Positions 21,594-34,829 are shown, counted from the first letter of the whole stretch. The stretch: 62,034 nucleotides of DNA, filler included, from Deltaproteobacteria bacterium (GCA_030698575.1; 11 parts of 11 records of this genome joined end to end with filler, not necessarily neighbours in it); one strand, 5' to 3'. Translations and numbers: made by a program. Notes: generated from the sequence alone by a model not told the origin.

Positions 21594-21693
21594 NNNNNNN
21601 NNNNNNNNNNNNNNNNNNNNNNNNNNNNNNNNNNNNNTTAATTAATTAANNNNNNNNNNNNNNNNNNNNNNNNNNNNNNNNNNNNNNNNNNNN

Positions 21694-22493
21694 CACGGCG
21701 CCGGCCCTGGGTGGCCGTCCTGCTCTCGCTCTTCGCGCCGGGTCTCGGCCAGCTCTACGCCGGCAAGCTCGCCGGCGCCTTCGCAGCTTCGCTCCTTTAC
21801 ATCGCATTCTTCCCGGCGGTCGCGTGGCTCGGCCTCCGGCTGCGCGGTGGCCGCGCGGCGCTCTTCGCGCCGGTGGCTATCGGCGTCTTTTTCGCCACCG
21901 GCGTCTGCCTGGACGCGGCGCGCCAGGCTCGCAGAGGCCGGCCCATCCTCGATGCCCGCTGGAAGCGGGCGCTGCTCTACGCCGCCTGGTTCGTCGTCCT
22001 GTCGCTCGGAGTGGACGTGACGCGGGCTGTCGTGAGGGGACATCTTGCGCAGGCCTTTCGGCTGTCGACCGGCAGCATGCTCCCGGTGATGCTTCCCGGC
22101 GACCATTTCGTCGTGGACAAACGCGCGTACCGCAGCTCTACGCCGGCGCGCGGTGATCTGGTCGCCTTTCGATCGCCCGTCGAACCACACGGTATCAACG
22201 TGAAACGCGTCATCGGGCTCCCGGGCGCCCAGGTTCGCTTCAAGCACCGGGAGGTGTACGTGAACGGCGTGGCGGACGGCTATATGCCGAGCGACGTGAA
22301 ATTCGATGATGCGGTCATTGCCCCCGGCACCTTCTTTCTCATGGGCGACGACCGTTCGCGCTCGCTCGACAGCCGGAGCTACGGAGCCGTTCCGGTGGAT
22401 GGAATCATCGGCCGTGTCTCGCACGTCTATTTCTCGCGCGATCCCGAAACCGGCCGGATTCGCTGGGATCGCATGGGGCTCATTCCTGAGTGA
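21694..22493 (+). CDS. lepB: Signal peptidase I with extra N-terminal TM region, 5' partial
   Basis: TGSMLP (Ser), VKRVIGLPG (Lys), MGDDRSRSLDSR. Confidence 0.9.
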
Positions 22494-22596
22494 AGCGACG
22501 CCCGGGTGCGCCAGTGTGGTAGAATTCCGGAAAGTCGGGAGCGGAGGGCCGATCGATGATGAGGCCCGAGAGCAGTGACAGCAAGGGAGGCGGGAC

Positions 22597-23493
22597 ATGA
22601 CTGAAGCTGGCGGTCTGCGGGTCTACAGGGACGCAGTCGCGGTAATTACCGGGGGGGCCTCCGGAATCGGCCGCGCTTTCGGTGAAACGCTCGCCCGGCG
22701 GGGCGCCCGCGTGGTGCTGGGGGATCTGCAGGCGGATCTTGCCGAGGAGGTGGCGGCCGGCATCCGTTCCAGCGGAGGCCGGGCCACCGCTGTGCAGCTG
22801 GACGTTGCCGACTTCAAGGCGGTCGAGAAGCTCATCCAGGAGACGGTCGCCGGAGAAGGGCGCCTCGACTTCATGTTCAACAACGCGGGGATCGCAATCG
22901 CCGGCGAGACGCGCTACTGCCAGATCGAGGACTGGAACCGTGTCATCGACATCAACCTCCGCGGTGTGATCAACGGCATCCAGGCGGCCTATCCGGTGAT
23001 GGTGCAGCAGGGATTCGGCCATCTCGTGAACACCGCCTCGATGGCCGGGCTCACGCCCTTCCCCATGAACGCGAGCTATGCGACCACGAAGCACGCGGTC
23101 GTGGGGCTCACGACCTCGCTACGGATCGAGGCGGCGCCCCTCGGCGTCCGCGTGAGCGCGCTCTGCCCGGGCGTGATCCGCACGCCGATCCTCTTCGACG
23201 GCGGCGTGCACGGGAAGCTGCTGCAACCGCTGTTGCATGAAGCTCAGCAGCGGATGTGGGAGCCGCTGCGGCCGCTCGACGTGAACGTATTCGCCGAGAA
23301 GGCGCTCCGTTCCATCGCCCGCAACGAGGCGATCATCATCCACCCGGCCTGGTGGCGCGTCGCCTGGTGGCTCCACCGGCTCTCGCCCGCCATCGGTTTC
23401 GCCTTCGCCCGGCAGATGTACAACAGCGCCCAGAAAGAGCTGGCGGCGGCCGCCGAAGCGGATAATCGCAAGGCGGCCGGGACCGCAGGCTGA
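22597..23493 (+). CDS. Short-chain dehydrogenase/reductase
   Basis: TGGASGIG, NNAG, YATTK. Confidence 0.95.
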   Translation: MTEAGGLRVYRDAVAVITGGASGIGRAFGETLARRGARVVLGDLQADLAEEVAAGIRSSGGRATAVQLDVADFKAVEKLIQETVAGEGRLDFMFNNAGIAIAGETRYCQIEDWNRVIDINLRGVINGIQAAYPVMVQQGFGHLVNTASMAGLTPFPMNASYATTKHAVVGLTTSLRIEAAPLGVRVSALCPGVIRTPILFDGGVHGKLLQPLLHEAQQRMWEPLRPLDVNVFAEKALRSIARNEAIIIHPAWWRVAWWLHRLSPAIGFAFARQMYNSAQKELAAAAEADNRKAAGTAG

Positions 23494-23672
23494 GGCGCAC
23501 TCCAGGAAATCTTCGCGTCTGGGTTCGGCCCGCCCCGGGGCGCCTCTCCTCGAAAACCCCTGCCCGGAGGGGTCCGTTCGTGTCATAATATCGGCCACTG
23601 TTCGTTCCGGTCGCCCCCTCGGGCTGTGTCTCAAGGAGCGCTTTCCCCCATCCGATTGAGTTTCTAACCGAC

Positions 23673-25055
23673 ATGACCCCACTTGCCACACTCATTCTCG
23701 CCGCCGGGAAGGGCACGCGGATGCGGTCCGGGCGGGCGAAGGTTCTCCACGAGATCCTCGGGGAGCCGATGCTGGCCTACCCGCTCGCGACGGCCGCGGC
23801 CCTCGAGCCCGCCCAGATCGTCGTCGTGGTCGGCCACCAGGCCGATGAGATCCGGGAGCGTTGCGGCGGCGCCGGCGCGCGCTTCGTAGTCCAGGAGCCG
23901 CAACTCGGCAGCGGTCACGCCGCCCAGGTGGCGCTGCGGGAGATGACGGAGTTTAAGGGCGACGTGCTGGTGCTCTACGGCGACGGCCCGCTCGTGCGCC
24001 CGGAGACGCTCCAGGCCCTCCGGGAATCGCACGCCGAAAGCGGGGCGGCCATCACGCTGCTGGCGATGCGGCTTGCCGATCCGACGGGCTATGGACGGGT
24101 TCTCCAGAAGGGGAAGAAGGGCTCGGTGAAGGCGATCCGCGAAGAGCGCGATGCCTCCGCTGCTGAGAAGCGTGTCAATCTGGTTCACTCGGGCGTTCTG
24201 ATCGCCGGCGCCGGCGTGCTGCGCGGGCTGCTCGACCGCCTGCGCCCGGAGAACGACCAGGGGGAGTACTACCTGACCGATGTCGTCGAGATCGCCGTCT
24301 CTGACAGGCTCGAGGTGAGCGCGGTGGAAGCCGCCGATTCCGGCGAGCTCGAAGGGATCAACACGAAGGCTGAGCTGGCGCGAGCCGCTGCGCGGCTGCG
24401 CGATCGAATCAACGAGAGGCACATGGAGGCGGGGGTGACCCTGGCCAGCCCGGAAAGTGCCTGGATCGGCCCGCGCGTCCGCATCGGCGCCGACACCGTC
24501 ATCGGGAGCAACGTGGAGATTGGGGGCGAGACGTCCATCGGCGAGGCGTGCACAGTGGAAACGGGATCCGTGATCGTTGACGCCCGCATGGGCAACGCCG
24601 TGCACGTGAAGCCCGGTTGCGTCATCCGCGAATCGACGGTCGAGGATGGCGTGTCGATCGGACCCATGGCGCACCTGCGGCCCGAGACCGTTCTTCGGCA
24701 GGGCGCCAGGGTGGGCAACTTCGTCGAGATCAAGAAGAGCGAGATCGGCCCGGGCTCGAAGGTGAATCACCTCACCTACATCGGCGACGCCACGATCGGC
24801 GCCGGCGTCAACGTGGGCGCAGGCACGATCACTTGCAACTACGACGGCGAGGGCAAGCACCGGACGATCATCGAGGACGGCGCCTTCATCGGTTCGAACA
24901 CGCAGCTCGTGGCGCCCGTCACGGTAGGCCGGGGGGCGTACGTGGGTTCGGGATCGACGATCACCAAGGACGTGCCCGCGGGCTCGCTCGCCGTCGGGCG
25001 CGGCAAGCAGCGAATCATCGAGGGGTGGGCCGAGAGGCGAAGGAGGAAGGACTGA
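23673..25055 (+). CDS. glmU: Bifunctional UDP-GlcNAc pyrophosphorylase / glucosamine-1-phosphate acetyltransferase
   Basis: [16 protein letters not shown], hexapeptide repeats, GNFVEIK, TCNYDG. Confidence 0.97.
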   Translation: MTPLATLILAAGKGTRMRSGRAKVLHEILGEPMLAYPLATAAALEPAQIVVVVGHQADEIRERCGGAGARFVVQEPQLGSGHAAQVALREMTEFKGDVLVLYGDGPLVRPETLQALRESHAESGAAITLLAMRLADPTGYGRVLQKGKKGSVKAIREERDASAAEKRVNLVHSGVLIAGAGVLRGLLDRLRPENDQGEYYLTDVVEIAVSDRLEVSAVEAADSGELEGINTKAELARAAARLRDRINERHMEAGVTLASPESAWIGPRVRIGADTVIGSNVEIGGETSIGEACTVETGSVIVDARMGNAVHVKPGCVIRESTVEDGVSIGPMAHLRPETVLRQGARVGNFVEIKKSEIGPGSKVNHLTYIGDATIGAGVNVGAGTITCNYDGEGKHRTIIEDGAFIGSNTQLVAPVTVGRGAYVGSGSTITKDVPAGSLAVGRGKQRIIEGWAERRRRKD

Positions 25056-26739
25056 TGTGCGGGATTGTCGGATATATAGGACACCGGGACGCGCTTCCTG
25101 TTCTTCTCGAGACGCTTCGCAAGCTCGAGTACCGGGGCTATGACTCGGCGGGCGTGGCGCTGCTGAACGACGGCCGCGTGCAGGTGGTGAAAACCCAGGG
25201 GAAGCTCGCCAACCTCGTCGCCCTTGTCGAGCAGGAAAAGCCCACCGGCACCATTGGCGTGGGGCACACGCGCTGGGCCACGCACGGCAAGCCTTCGACG
25301 GTGAATGCTCACCCGCACCGGGCGGGCAAGATCGCCATCATCCACAACGGGATCATCGAAAACCACATCGACCTCAAGCAGCGCCTGCTTCGCGAGGGGG
25401 CGAAGTTCAAGAGCGAAACCGACACCGAGATCCTGGCCCACCTCGTCAATCTTCATCTCAAGGGGGGCTCTTCCTTCGAGGAAGCCGTGCGCTCGGCGCT
25501 TCTCGAGGCGGAGGGCTCCTACGCGGTTGCGGTGCTGTCGGAGGGCCATCCCGATCAGATTATCGCGGCGAAGAACGGCGCCAGCCCCCTCATCCTCGGA
25601 TACGGCGAGGGGGAGAACTTCATCGCCAGCGATATCCCCGCCATCCTTGCCTACACGCAGCGCGTCGTCGCCCTTGAAGACGGGCAAATGGCGGTCGTGA
25701 CCAACAAGACCATCCGGGTGTCGATGCTTGCGGGGCGCGAGGTGAGCGTCGAGCCTCTCACCATCACATGGTCGCCGGTCATGGCGGAGAAGGGTGGCTA
25801 CAAGCACTACATGCAGAAGGAGATCTTCGAACAGCCCCGCGCCATCGTTGAGACCATCGGAACCCGCGTCGACGAGGAAACCGGCCATGTCTCCTTCGAC
25901 GGCTTCGAGATTCCTGAAAAGGTGCTCGCCGGGATCAATCGCGTGCACCTTGTGGCCTGCGGGACGGCCTGGCATGCCGCTCTGATCGGGAAGTTCATGA
26001 TCGAGGAGCTTGCCCGCATTCCCGCCGAGGTGGATCTCGCCAGCGAGTACCGCTACCGGAATCCCATCGTCGGCGCCGACACTCTGCTCATCGCCGTATC
26101 GCAGTCGGGAGAGACCGCCGACACGCTCGCTGCGCTGCGGGAGGGGAAGCAGAAGGGAGCATTCGTCGCGGCGATCTCGAACACCGAGGGATCGGGTATC
26201 TCACGGGAGGCCCACAGCACGCTCTACACACACGCGGGCCCCGAGATCGGCGTCGCCAGCACGAAGTGCTTCACCACGCAGATCGTGGCCCTCTACCTGC
26301 TGGCCATTCATCTGGGCCGCAGGCGGAAGGAGCTCAACGCCGCCCGGGCCCGCGAGCACCTGCACGCGCTGCTCCGCCTCCCCAAGCGGGTGGAGGAAGT
26401 TCTGGATCTGGACGGCCAGATCAAAGCTGTGGCGAAGAAGTATTCGCACGCCCGCGACTTTCTGTATCTCGGGCGCGGCACGAACTATCCCATCGCGCTC
26501 GAGGGCGCGCTGAAGCTCAAGGAAATTTCCTACATCCACGCCGAAGGCTACCCGGCTGGCGAGATGAAGCACGGGCCGATCGCGCTCATCGACGAGAAGA
26601 TGCCGGTCGTGATCCTGGTCACGAAGGGGAAGACCTACGAGAAGGTGCTCTCGAACATGGAGGAAGTGCGCGCGCGCGACGGCCGCGTGATCGCCCTTGC
26701 AACCGAGGGAGACCCCGCCATCCCGCCCCGGGCCGACGA
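25055..26739 (+). CDS. glmS: Glutamine--fructose-6-phosphate aminotransferase, 3' partial
   Basis: MCGIVG start overlapping the glmU stop, [35 protein letters not shown]. Confidence 0.97.
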
Positions 26740-26926
26740 NNNNNNNNNNNNNNNNNNNNNNNNNNNNNNNNNNNNNNNNNNNNTTAATTAATTAANNNNN
26801 NNNNNNNNNNNNNNNNNNNNNNNNNNNNNNNNNNNNNNNAACGGCGACGTCATTGTAGTTTCGAAAAGTGGGATCCGCTGTGGACGCATTTGGAAGGGGA
26901 ACCGCGATCCGGGAGGCTATCCAAAG

Positions 26927-29900
26927 CTACTGGAGCTTGACCGAAACGACCTTCGAGATGCCGGGGTCTTCCATCGTGATCCCGTAAAGCGTGTCCGCCA
27001 GCTCGATGGTGGCCTTGTTGTGGGTGATGAGCACGAACTGGGATCGGGCGGTCATTTCATGGAGCAACGTGTTGAAGCGCCCTACGTTGGCATCGTCGAG
27101 CGCAGCGTCGACCTCGTCCAGCAGGAAGAAGGGGCTGGGCCTGACCTGGAAGATCGCAAAGAGGAGGCTCACCGCCGTAAGCGTCTTCTCGCCGCCGGAC
27201 AGGAGAGTCACGTTTTGCAACCGCTTGCCCGGAGGTTGCGCCACAATCTCGACGCCCGCCTCGAGAACATCCTCGCCTTCGGTCAGGGAAAGCCGCGCCT
27301 TGCCGCCGTTGAAGAGCTGCGGAAAGGTTTCTTCAAACTTCTTCGAAACCTGCTCAAAGGTGTCGATGAACAGCTTCCGGCTCGTCCGGTTGATCTTCTG
27401 GATGGCGTTCTGCAGCGATTCGATCGTGCGCCGGAGATCCTCGCTCTGCTCGGTGAGGAAGCGGTAGCGCTCGGAAAGCTCCTGGTACTCCTCGATCGCG
27501 CCGAGGCTCACTTCGCCAAGCCGTTCGAGCTGCGCACGGAGCTCCGCGCGACGCGCTTCTCGCGCCTCGTGATCCACGACCGCTGCTTCGTCGATCTCGA
27601 GGTCGTCCAGCCGCACCTGGTACTTCTCGTACACGCTTTCGGTCAGGTGCTGGAGACGGAGTTCAATCTCCTTCTGGGCCACCTGAAACTTGTTGACTTG
27701 CTCGCCCCGCGCCTGATGCGCGTGGCGCAACTCCCGCACCCGGCTGTCGATGGCCTGAAGCCGGACGGTGAACGCCTCAATCCCCTCCCGGTCCTTGCCG
27801 AGCGCATCGCCCCCCTGGGCGTGCTGCACCATCAACACCGCCAGGGCTTCGTCGCAGGCGACCAGTTCGGTTTCGATGGCGGCAATCCGGGTCTGGGCGC
27901 CCTCGATTTCCTCCTGGAGCGACTGCGCGCGCGCGTCAGATTCCAGAATTGATTGACCGAGCCGCTGTGCCTCCTGCTCAAGGCCCTGCCCTCTCTCGAT
28001 GAGCCCCGCGGACTCTACTCTTAGTTCGGTTGCTTCCAGCCGTGCAGCATCGAGATCGACCACGAGCGAGGCACGGCGCTCGCGCAACGTCGCGATCTCG
28101 CTCTCCCGAGCCGTGCGCTCCTCGCCAAGCTGCTGCTGCCGGGACACTGCCTGATCGAGATCGCGGCCCAGCTGTTCGAACGAGCCGGCGATGCTCCGGA
28201 CATCTTCTTCTCGAAGGGAAAGGGCCCGTGACAGCGCATCGCGTTCAGCTTCCAGGCGCTCCAGGGCCCGCTCGAGGGAGACGGAATCCAGTTCCCGCGC
28301 ATGCAGGGCCGAACCCGCTTCCTCGAGTGCGCGCTGCGCCGCCTCGAGCGCCGCCTTGCGTTCCGTGAATGCCGCTTCGGCGCGTTCACAGGCCGCCTGG
28401 GTTTCCGGCAGCCCGCCGTCCATCTCCCGGATCTCCCGCTTGCGGGAAATGAGTCCGCCCGTCGCCCGGGCGCTCCCGCCGGTCATCATCCCCGTCGGAT
28501 CCAGAACGTCCCCCTCTTTCGTCACCAGCGTCCCGTCGAAACCACCGGCGCGCCAGATGGCCGCCGCCCGCTCGAGGGTGTCGACCACGTAAACGCGCCG
28601 GAGAAGCGCTTCCACAACGTCATGGTAGGGAGGTTCCACGCGCAGGAACCTTGCAAGAGGGGGCGCCAGCACCGGGTCGGGCGGCGCGCCGGTCGCCTGC
28701 TCGCGCTGGCGAAGCGCGAGCGGGAGGAAGCTCGAGCGCCCGGATCCGGACGCCTTCAGATACTTGACTGACTCGATGCCGTCGTCGAGGTCGCGGACAA
28801 CGACGGACTGGAGGCGCTCGCCAAGCGCCGCCTCGACTGCCTTCTCGTACTCCGTCGGCGCCTCGATCGCTTCAGTGAGAAGTCCCAGCACGCGCCCGCT
28901 GCCCCCACCCCCCTCACGCTCGCGCGACAGGATAACGCGCACACCGTCCTGATAGCCCTCGTAGCCTGCCTCGAACTCCCGCAGCGAAGAGAGCCGGCTT
29001 TCCATGACCCGCAGCCCCTCGCGGGCGGTGTGCCATGCCGTCTCGAGTTCGGCAACCTCGCCCCGGAGGCTTTCCACGCGCGCCACCCGAGACTCCCGCT
29101 CGAGGACCTGCCCGTCCTTCTCTGCCCGTTCGCGCTGCAACTTCGTAGTCGTAGACTCAATCTCGGGGGCAAGCGACATGAGCCTGAGGCGCAGTTCGCC
29201 GGCCCCGCCTTCTCCTGCCTCGGCGCGCTCTTTCACCTCGCTCTGCCGTTGTCGCAACTCCGCGATCGACCGCTCGACGGCAGCGGCTTCGGCAATTCGC
29301 GCCGAAAGCGCCTCGCCCGCACGCTGAATTTCCTCGGCCAATTCCACCTCACGTGTAACCACCTGCGCCAGCAGGGCTTCCGCCTCCGACTGCGCGGTTT
29401 CCTTCTCCTTGAGCCCCTTCAGCGCCGTGTCGCGGTCGCCCAGGACCCTGACGCGCTCGCTCTCGAACCGCGAGCACTCTCCGCGCAGCCTCTCGATCTC
29501 CGTCCCGCCACGGGCCTGCTGGAGCTGGAGGTTCTCCCGGTCCTTCTTGAGCAGGTCGATCCGGGACTCGTGCCTGGCAATGGTGCTCTTCAGATCAAAC
29601 AGTTCGGTCTGCTTCCGCTCGAGGGCGCGCTCGTGCTCGACCATCTCGAGGCGCAGCGCCTCTGCCGCGCCCTCATCCGATGCAATCGAGGCCGAAAGGG
29701 AATCCAGCTCCCTCCCGAGCACGGCGAGCCTCTCGCTTCCTTCCTCGACCTCGCGGGCAAGCGACCGCGACTGCCGGGCCGAAAGATCGATATCGAGGAG
29801 GCGCAACTCGTCCCGCAGCGTCTTGAAGCGTTCGGCCCGCCGGGCCTGACGCTCCAGGCTACCCATCTGGCGCCGGACCTCATGGACGATGTCGTTCACG

Positions 29901-30478
29901 CGGAGGAGGTTCTGGTCGGTCGCTTCGAGCTTTCGGAGGGCGGCGTTCTTGCGACTCTTGTACTTCGTGATGCCGGCGGCCTCCTCGATGAGGCCGCGGC
30001 GGTCGGCCGCGCGCGCGCTCACGAGATCAGCGATGTGTCCCTGCTCCACGATGGCGTAGGCCTTGGTCCCGACGCCTGTCCCCATGAAAAGCTCGAGGAC
30101 ATCACGCAGCCGGCAGGGGACCTTGTTGATGAGATACTCGCTCTCCATGTCCCGGAAGACACGGCGCGTGATGCTGATTTCAGAGAAGCCGGCGTACTGG
30201 GGGGGGGCAATGCCGTCCTCTGTCGAAAAGGTAATCGTGACTTCGGCCATGTTGACCGGGGAGCGCTTGGCGCTCCCGTTGAAGATCACGTCCTCCATTG
30301 ACTTGCCGCGAAGGTGCTTGGCGCTCATCTCGCCCATCGACCAGCGGATGGCATCGACAATGTTGGACTTTCCGCAGCCGTTCGGGCCCACGACAGCCGT
30401 GATTCCCGTCGGGAATTCGAAGACCGTGCGGTCCACGAAGGACTTGAAGCCGCACAGCTCCAGGTTCTTGATCTTCAT
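26927..30478 (-). CDS. smc: Chromosome segregation protein SMC
   Basis: GFKSF, GPNGCGKSN, coiled coils with hinge, LSGGEK, LDEVDAALD. Confidence 0.98.
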   Translation of the reverse strand: MKIKNLELCGFKSFVDRTVFEFPTGITAVVGPNGCGKSNIVDAIRWSMGEMSAKHLRGKSMEDVIFNGSAKRSPVNMAEVTITFSTEDGIAPPQYAGFSEISITRRVFRDMESEYLINKVPCRLRDVLELFMGTGVGTKAYAIVEQGHIADLVSARAADRRGLIEEAAGITKYKSRKNAALRKLEATDQNLLRVNDIVHEVRRQMGSLERQARRAERFKTLRDELRLLDIDLSARQSRSLAREVEEGSERLAVLGRELDSLSASIASDEGAAEALRLEMVEHERALERKQTELFDLKSTIARHESRIDLLKKDRENLQLQQARGGTEIERLRGECSRFESERVRVLGDRDTALKGLKEKETAQSEAEALLAQVVTREVELAEEIQRAGEALSARIAEAAAVERSIAELRQRQSEVKERAEAGEGGAGELRLRLMSLAPEIESTTTKLQRERAEKDGQVLERESRVARVESLRGEVAELETAWHTAREGLRVMESRLSSLREFEAGYEGYQDGVRVILSREREGGGGSGRVLGLLTEAIEAPTEYEKAVEAALGERLQSVVVRDLDDGIESVKYLKASGSGRSSFLPLALRQREQATGAPPDPVLAPPLARFLRVEPPYHDVVEALLRRVYVVDTLERAAAIWRAGGFDGTLVTKEGDVLDPTGMMTGGSARATGGLISRKREIREMDGGLPETQAACERAEAAFTERKAALEAAQRALEEAGSALHARELDSVSLERALERLEAERDALSRALSLREEDVRSIAGSFEQLGRDLDQAVSRQQQLGEERTARESEIATLRERRASLVVDLDAARLEATELRVESAGLIERGQGLEQEAQRLGQSILESDARAQSLQEEIEGAQTRIAAIETELVACDEALAVLMVQHAQGGDALGKDREGIEAFTVRLQAIDSRVRELRHAHQARGEQVNKFQVAQKEIELRLQHLTESVYEKYQVRLDDLEIDEAAVVDHEAREARRAELRAQLERLGEVSLGAIEEYQELSERYRFLTEQSEDLRRTIESLQNAIQKINRTSRKLFIDTFEQVSKKFEETFPQLFNGGKARLSLTEGEDVLEAGVEIVAQPPGKRLQNVTLLSGGEKTLTAVSLLFAIFQVRPSPFFLLDEVDAALDDANVGRFNTLLHEMTARSQFVLITHNKATIELADTLYGITMEDPGISKVVSVKLQ

Positions 30479-30721
30479 GAAGATTCCTCTGGCGGTTTCC
30501 GCTGCGAGGGTCCGCCGGCCGGTGGTGCGAAGGACGGACCCTTAATTGCTAAATAGCCGGGAACACTGACTTTTCGGGGGGTAGGCCCCGCCGGGCCGGG
30601 ACCCTGGAGCAGCCTTGCGGANNNNNNNNNNNNNNNNNNNNNNNNNNNNNNNNNNNNNNNNNNNNTTAATTAATTAANNNNNNNNNNNNNNNNNNNNNNN
30701 NNNNNNNNNNNNNNNNNNNNN

Positions 30722-33700
30722 CGTTCGGTCCCATGGTTCGCTCGTAACCGCCGATTCCCAACTCGTCCTCAGCCGCAACGCCTCCGGAGGCTTCCAGCGC
30801 CGCGACGCCCGTGAGCACCATCGAGGAACTGGTGAGCATGATCAGAACGCCTCTTGTGTCCACTCCCATGGTCGCGAGGGCGTCGAAGTAGCTCTGTGCG
30901 CCCACATTCACGCCGGCCAGGATGAGATTCACCTCGCCCCCCGCGTCGGTGAAGGTAACGAGGCGCCGCACCACGCGGGCCGTGGCGTCGAGATTCTCGG
31001 TGCCGCTGTCCATCGCGATGTGGGCGCCGGCCGAGACGGCCACCCACTCCACGGGAATGCCCTCGCGCTCGGCGAGATCGATGGCTGCGGTAATCCGGTC
31101 GCACTCACTCGCCGTCAGCGCGCCCATGCTTCGCGTGGGATCGCTGAGCAGGAGAACCCGCCGCATTCCTTCCGGATACTTGGCCGTGGGCGTGCGGATC
31201 GTGCCAAAGACGACCCCGCTTTCGTTCTCACCGAAGGGGCGCTGCACCGGCAGGGCTCGTCCGCCGGCTAGGTCGTACTCAATGAACTCTCCGGGCCCTA
31301 GTGGCCGGCCCGGGCCCGTCCGGTCCGTCGGACCGTAGGCCATGAACAGGCGGATGACCTCGTACGGATAGGTCAGCCCACGCGCGCGGGCCATGGCCAC
31401 CTTGCGTTCGTAAGGCGTGGCGGGCTCCAACGGCTTGCTGTGTGGCACGCGAAGGCTCGTCTCGACACGACTCCCTGTCGGATTGCCTCCGAGCACTTCC
31501 ATCATTTGGGGCGGAGCTCCGGGATTCAGCGGATCGACCCGGGCAAAGCGAACGATGATCTTTTCGAGTCCGAGATGCGCAGTCTCGGACGCGAGACGAG
31601 ACACCATTTGATCGACGAGCTGATCGTCAACGACGAGAGGGGGGCGCAGGAAGATATAGAGGCGGTTCCAGTGAAGACGATGGTTCGGGTCGTAAAGGCC
31701 CTGGATGGATCGCAAGGCCTCGATCGCATCGCGGAAACGCCGCGCCAGCAGGTTGGTGTCGGGATGATTGGGAGCATCAGGCCCGAGGTCGTTCACCTCG
31801 GCGAAGCAGAAGATTCGCTCGTCATCGATCTGATTCCTCGCACGGCCGCGGAAGAGGTGAAAGCCGGGGAGGCTTTCGAGCGGCTTCAGCTGGAAGCCGG
31901 CGAGCCGCCATATTTCCATCCGCCGCGCCGTTTCCGGATCAAGTCCAACCTCCGCCGCCTGTCGAGCCAGCGCCATGGGGTCGGGCGGAGTCACGAGCGT
32001 GAGCGACGGATCGGCCTCGCGCCCGTCCGCTCCGGCCGGCCGTTCGGCTCCCGTCCCGTCCACTATCAGATGGCGGGCATAAGCCGCGAGGTCGGAAACG
32101 CCGTTCGATACCGCCCCTCTCAGGCGAACGAGACGATCCAGTCCGTCGAGGAGCGCGGAATCATCCGTGAAGGGCTCGCCCCGCCGAACAAGACGGATCA
32201 GGAGGTTCAGGATCAGCATGACGATCCGGCTGCGAAGTTCAAGCGTCGTGCGGGCGGCGCACAGGCGGAGCACCGCGCGAAACAGGGCCTCGGTGGGCTC
32301 CAGCTCCGTGACCCCGTAGTAGACGAGCACGCGACGTAGCTGATCCAGAAACCCCGCGTCGAGCCCCGCACCCTCCGCCGCGATCCGGCGCAGATAGAGC
32401 GTCATGCGCGCATCGTTCGACGGGCCGAGCTCGCCGCCCTCGAGACGGCCCGGCGCGCGGCTGAAAAGGGCTTCCAGGCTGGCCAACAGCGGAATCACCC
32501 CCGCCAGACGGGCAAGCTCGGCCTGAAGCGGCGCCGTGATCCCCTGAAGGGGCGCATCGAGAATCTCGACAATCATCTGTGCACGGGGAGGATTCACGTC
32601 GTAGCCCATGAGAATCCGTTGGGTCTCGGACAGCAGCGCCGCCGTGGCGGCCGCAAGCGCCGGCTTACTCAGCTCGGAGGCACGCGTGAGATCGGGCCGG
32701 AGCGACTCGGGGTTCATGAAAGCATCGAGGGGGTCCGGCTCGATCTCCAGTTCCAGCAAGGGCCCTCTCGAAACCGGCGCTCCGGCCGCCGACCTCGGCT
32801 CGATGGTCAGGATCTCCTGCCCCGCCGAGACCTGCACCCCGGGCTGGGCGATGATCTCGCGGATGGTCCCGGAGACGGGCGCCACGAACGTCGTTTCGGT
32901 CTTCATCGCCTCGAGAAGGCCGAGTCGGTCGCCGGTCTCGACTTCATCGCCCGGCTTGACCGCGATCTCGATCAGCAGCGCGGGCGCCGGCGCACGCACC
33001 TTTCCGCCGATGTCGCGCTGGACCCGGTGGGTTCTCCCGTCGAGCTCGATCTTGAATTCAACCTCGGTTTCGCTGAAGAACACCGTGGATCGACTGCTGC
33101 CGCGAACGATCCGCCGGCCATGAGGTCCCAGCTCGATGAATCGCAACCGCGTCATCCGCCCGTCGAGATAGACGAGGTAGTTCCAGCCGCCGATCGCGAA
33201 GACCTCGAGGCGGTAGGTGTGTCCGCCATAGACGAGCGCGATCTTGGCTCCGAGCGACGCGGGAATCACCCGCGGCCGGCCACGCGATGCCTCGGCGAAG
33301 AAGTTCGCGCGCATCCCCCCCCGCTCCTTCTGGTAGGTGAGGACGGCCGCCGCCAGCAGGACGTCCATGCGCGGCTCCGGCGCCCCGCCGATGGCCGCCT
33401 CGGCCAGCCGGTCGGTGTAAAACCGACCGGCTACAAAGTCGGGATGGCCGAGGACGTCGAGCAAGAAGCCCTTGTTGGTCGTTCCGCCCTCGATGACCAG
33501 ACGGGTGTCGAGGAGCGCGCGAATCAGACGGGCACGGGCCTCCCCGCGCGTCGCGCCGTGCGCGATGATCTTGGCGATCATCGAGTCGAACTCCAGGGGC
33601 ACGGCGCCGTATTGCGAAACCCCCGAATCGACCCGGATTCCGGGCCCGGAGGGAAGCTCCAGAAGGGCGATCCTTCCCGGTGTCGGCACGAAGTCGGCCG

Positions 33701-34829
33701 ACGGATCCTCGGCACAGAGGCGCACCTCGATCGCGTGGCCGCGATCCTCCGGGGCGACGTCCGGGAGCCGCGCGCCCCGGGCAATGCGGAACTGCCATTT
33801 GACGAGGTCGAACCCCGTCAGCGCCTCGGTAACTCCGTGCTCGACCTGAAGGCGCGGGTTGACTTCGAGGAAGTAGAACTCGCCGGCTCCAGTGACGAGG
33901 AATTCGCAGGTTCCGAGCCCGACGTAGCCCACCTCCCGCGCCAGTCGCAGGGCGGCCTCTTGCATTTCGCGGCAGAGCGACTCGGAAAGGCCCGGAGGCG
34001 GCCCTTCCTCGACGACTTTCTGGTGGCGTCGCTGCACCGAGCAGTCGCGGAGACCAAGGGCCAGCAAAACACCGTGTTGATCGGCGGCGAACTGGACCTC
34101 GACGTGACGCGCCTTCTCGACGCTTTTCTCGAGGAAGATCGTGCCGTCGCCGAAAGCGGCGGCAGCCTCGGACGCCGCCGACTGGAAGGCCGCGGCCAGT
34201 TTAGCTTCCCCCGTCACCCGGCGAATCCCCCGCCCTCCTCCGCCGTGGGTGGCCTTGATGACGAGCGGGAAGCCCAGTCGGGCGGCTTCGGCGCGAAGGG
34301 TTTTCCGGTCGACGCTGCCGTTGCTCCAGGGGAGAACGGGCACGCCGGCCTGCTCGGCCAGGCGCTTCGCGTGCACTTTGTCGGCAAGGACGCGGAGGGT
34401 CTCGGTGGGCGGTCCAATGAAGGTGATCCCCGCTGTCCGCAAGCGATCGGCGAAACCGGGATCCTCCGCGAGGAATCCCCACCCCGGCCATACGGTGTCG
34501 GCCCGTGATTCACGCAGCACGCTCAGCAGGCGATCTTGATTCAGATAGGCGAGGCGCGGGGCATGGCCAGGGGAACGATGCAGCGGCTGCCCCAGGGAGA
34601 CGGCCTCGTCGGCCTCGCGGACGTAGGGGTTCGACTGATCGACGTCGGTGTACAGGGCGATCCCGACGAGGTCCGAGTGCTCCTCCACCCGCAGCTCGCG
34701 GATGGCGCGCAGGCAACGGGTCGCGGCGTCGCCCCGGTTCAGCACGGCTATTCTCCGGATGTCCCGAGCGAGGTCGCCTTCGCCGGTCGGGTTTCCGGCC
34801 CGTCCCCGGGAGGCCCGTTCCCCAGACAT
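30722..34829 (-). CDS. Fused multidomain acyl-CoA carboxylase (biotin carboxylase-BCCP-carboxyltransferase), 3' partial
   Basis: GGGGRGIR, RDCSVQRRHQK, EVNPRLQVEH, biotinylation motif EAMK, CT region SAGAHIAMDSGTE. Confidence 0.92.

Noticed and set aside
23494-25055. glmS ribozyme
   Set aside because: glmS overlaps the glmU stop, leaving no leader, and I see no ribozyme core upstream of glmU
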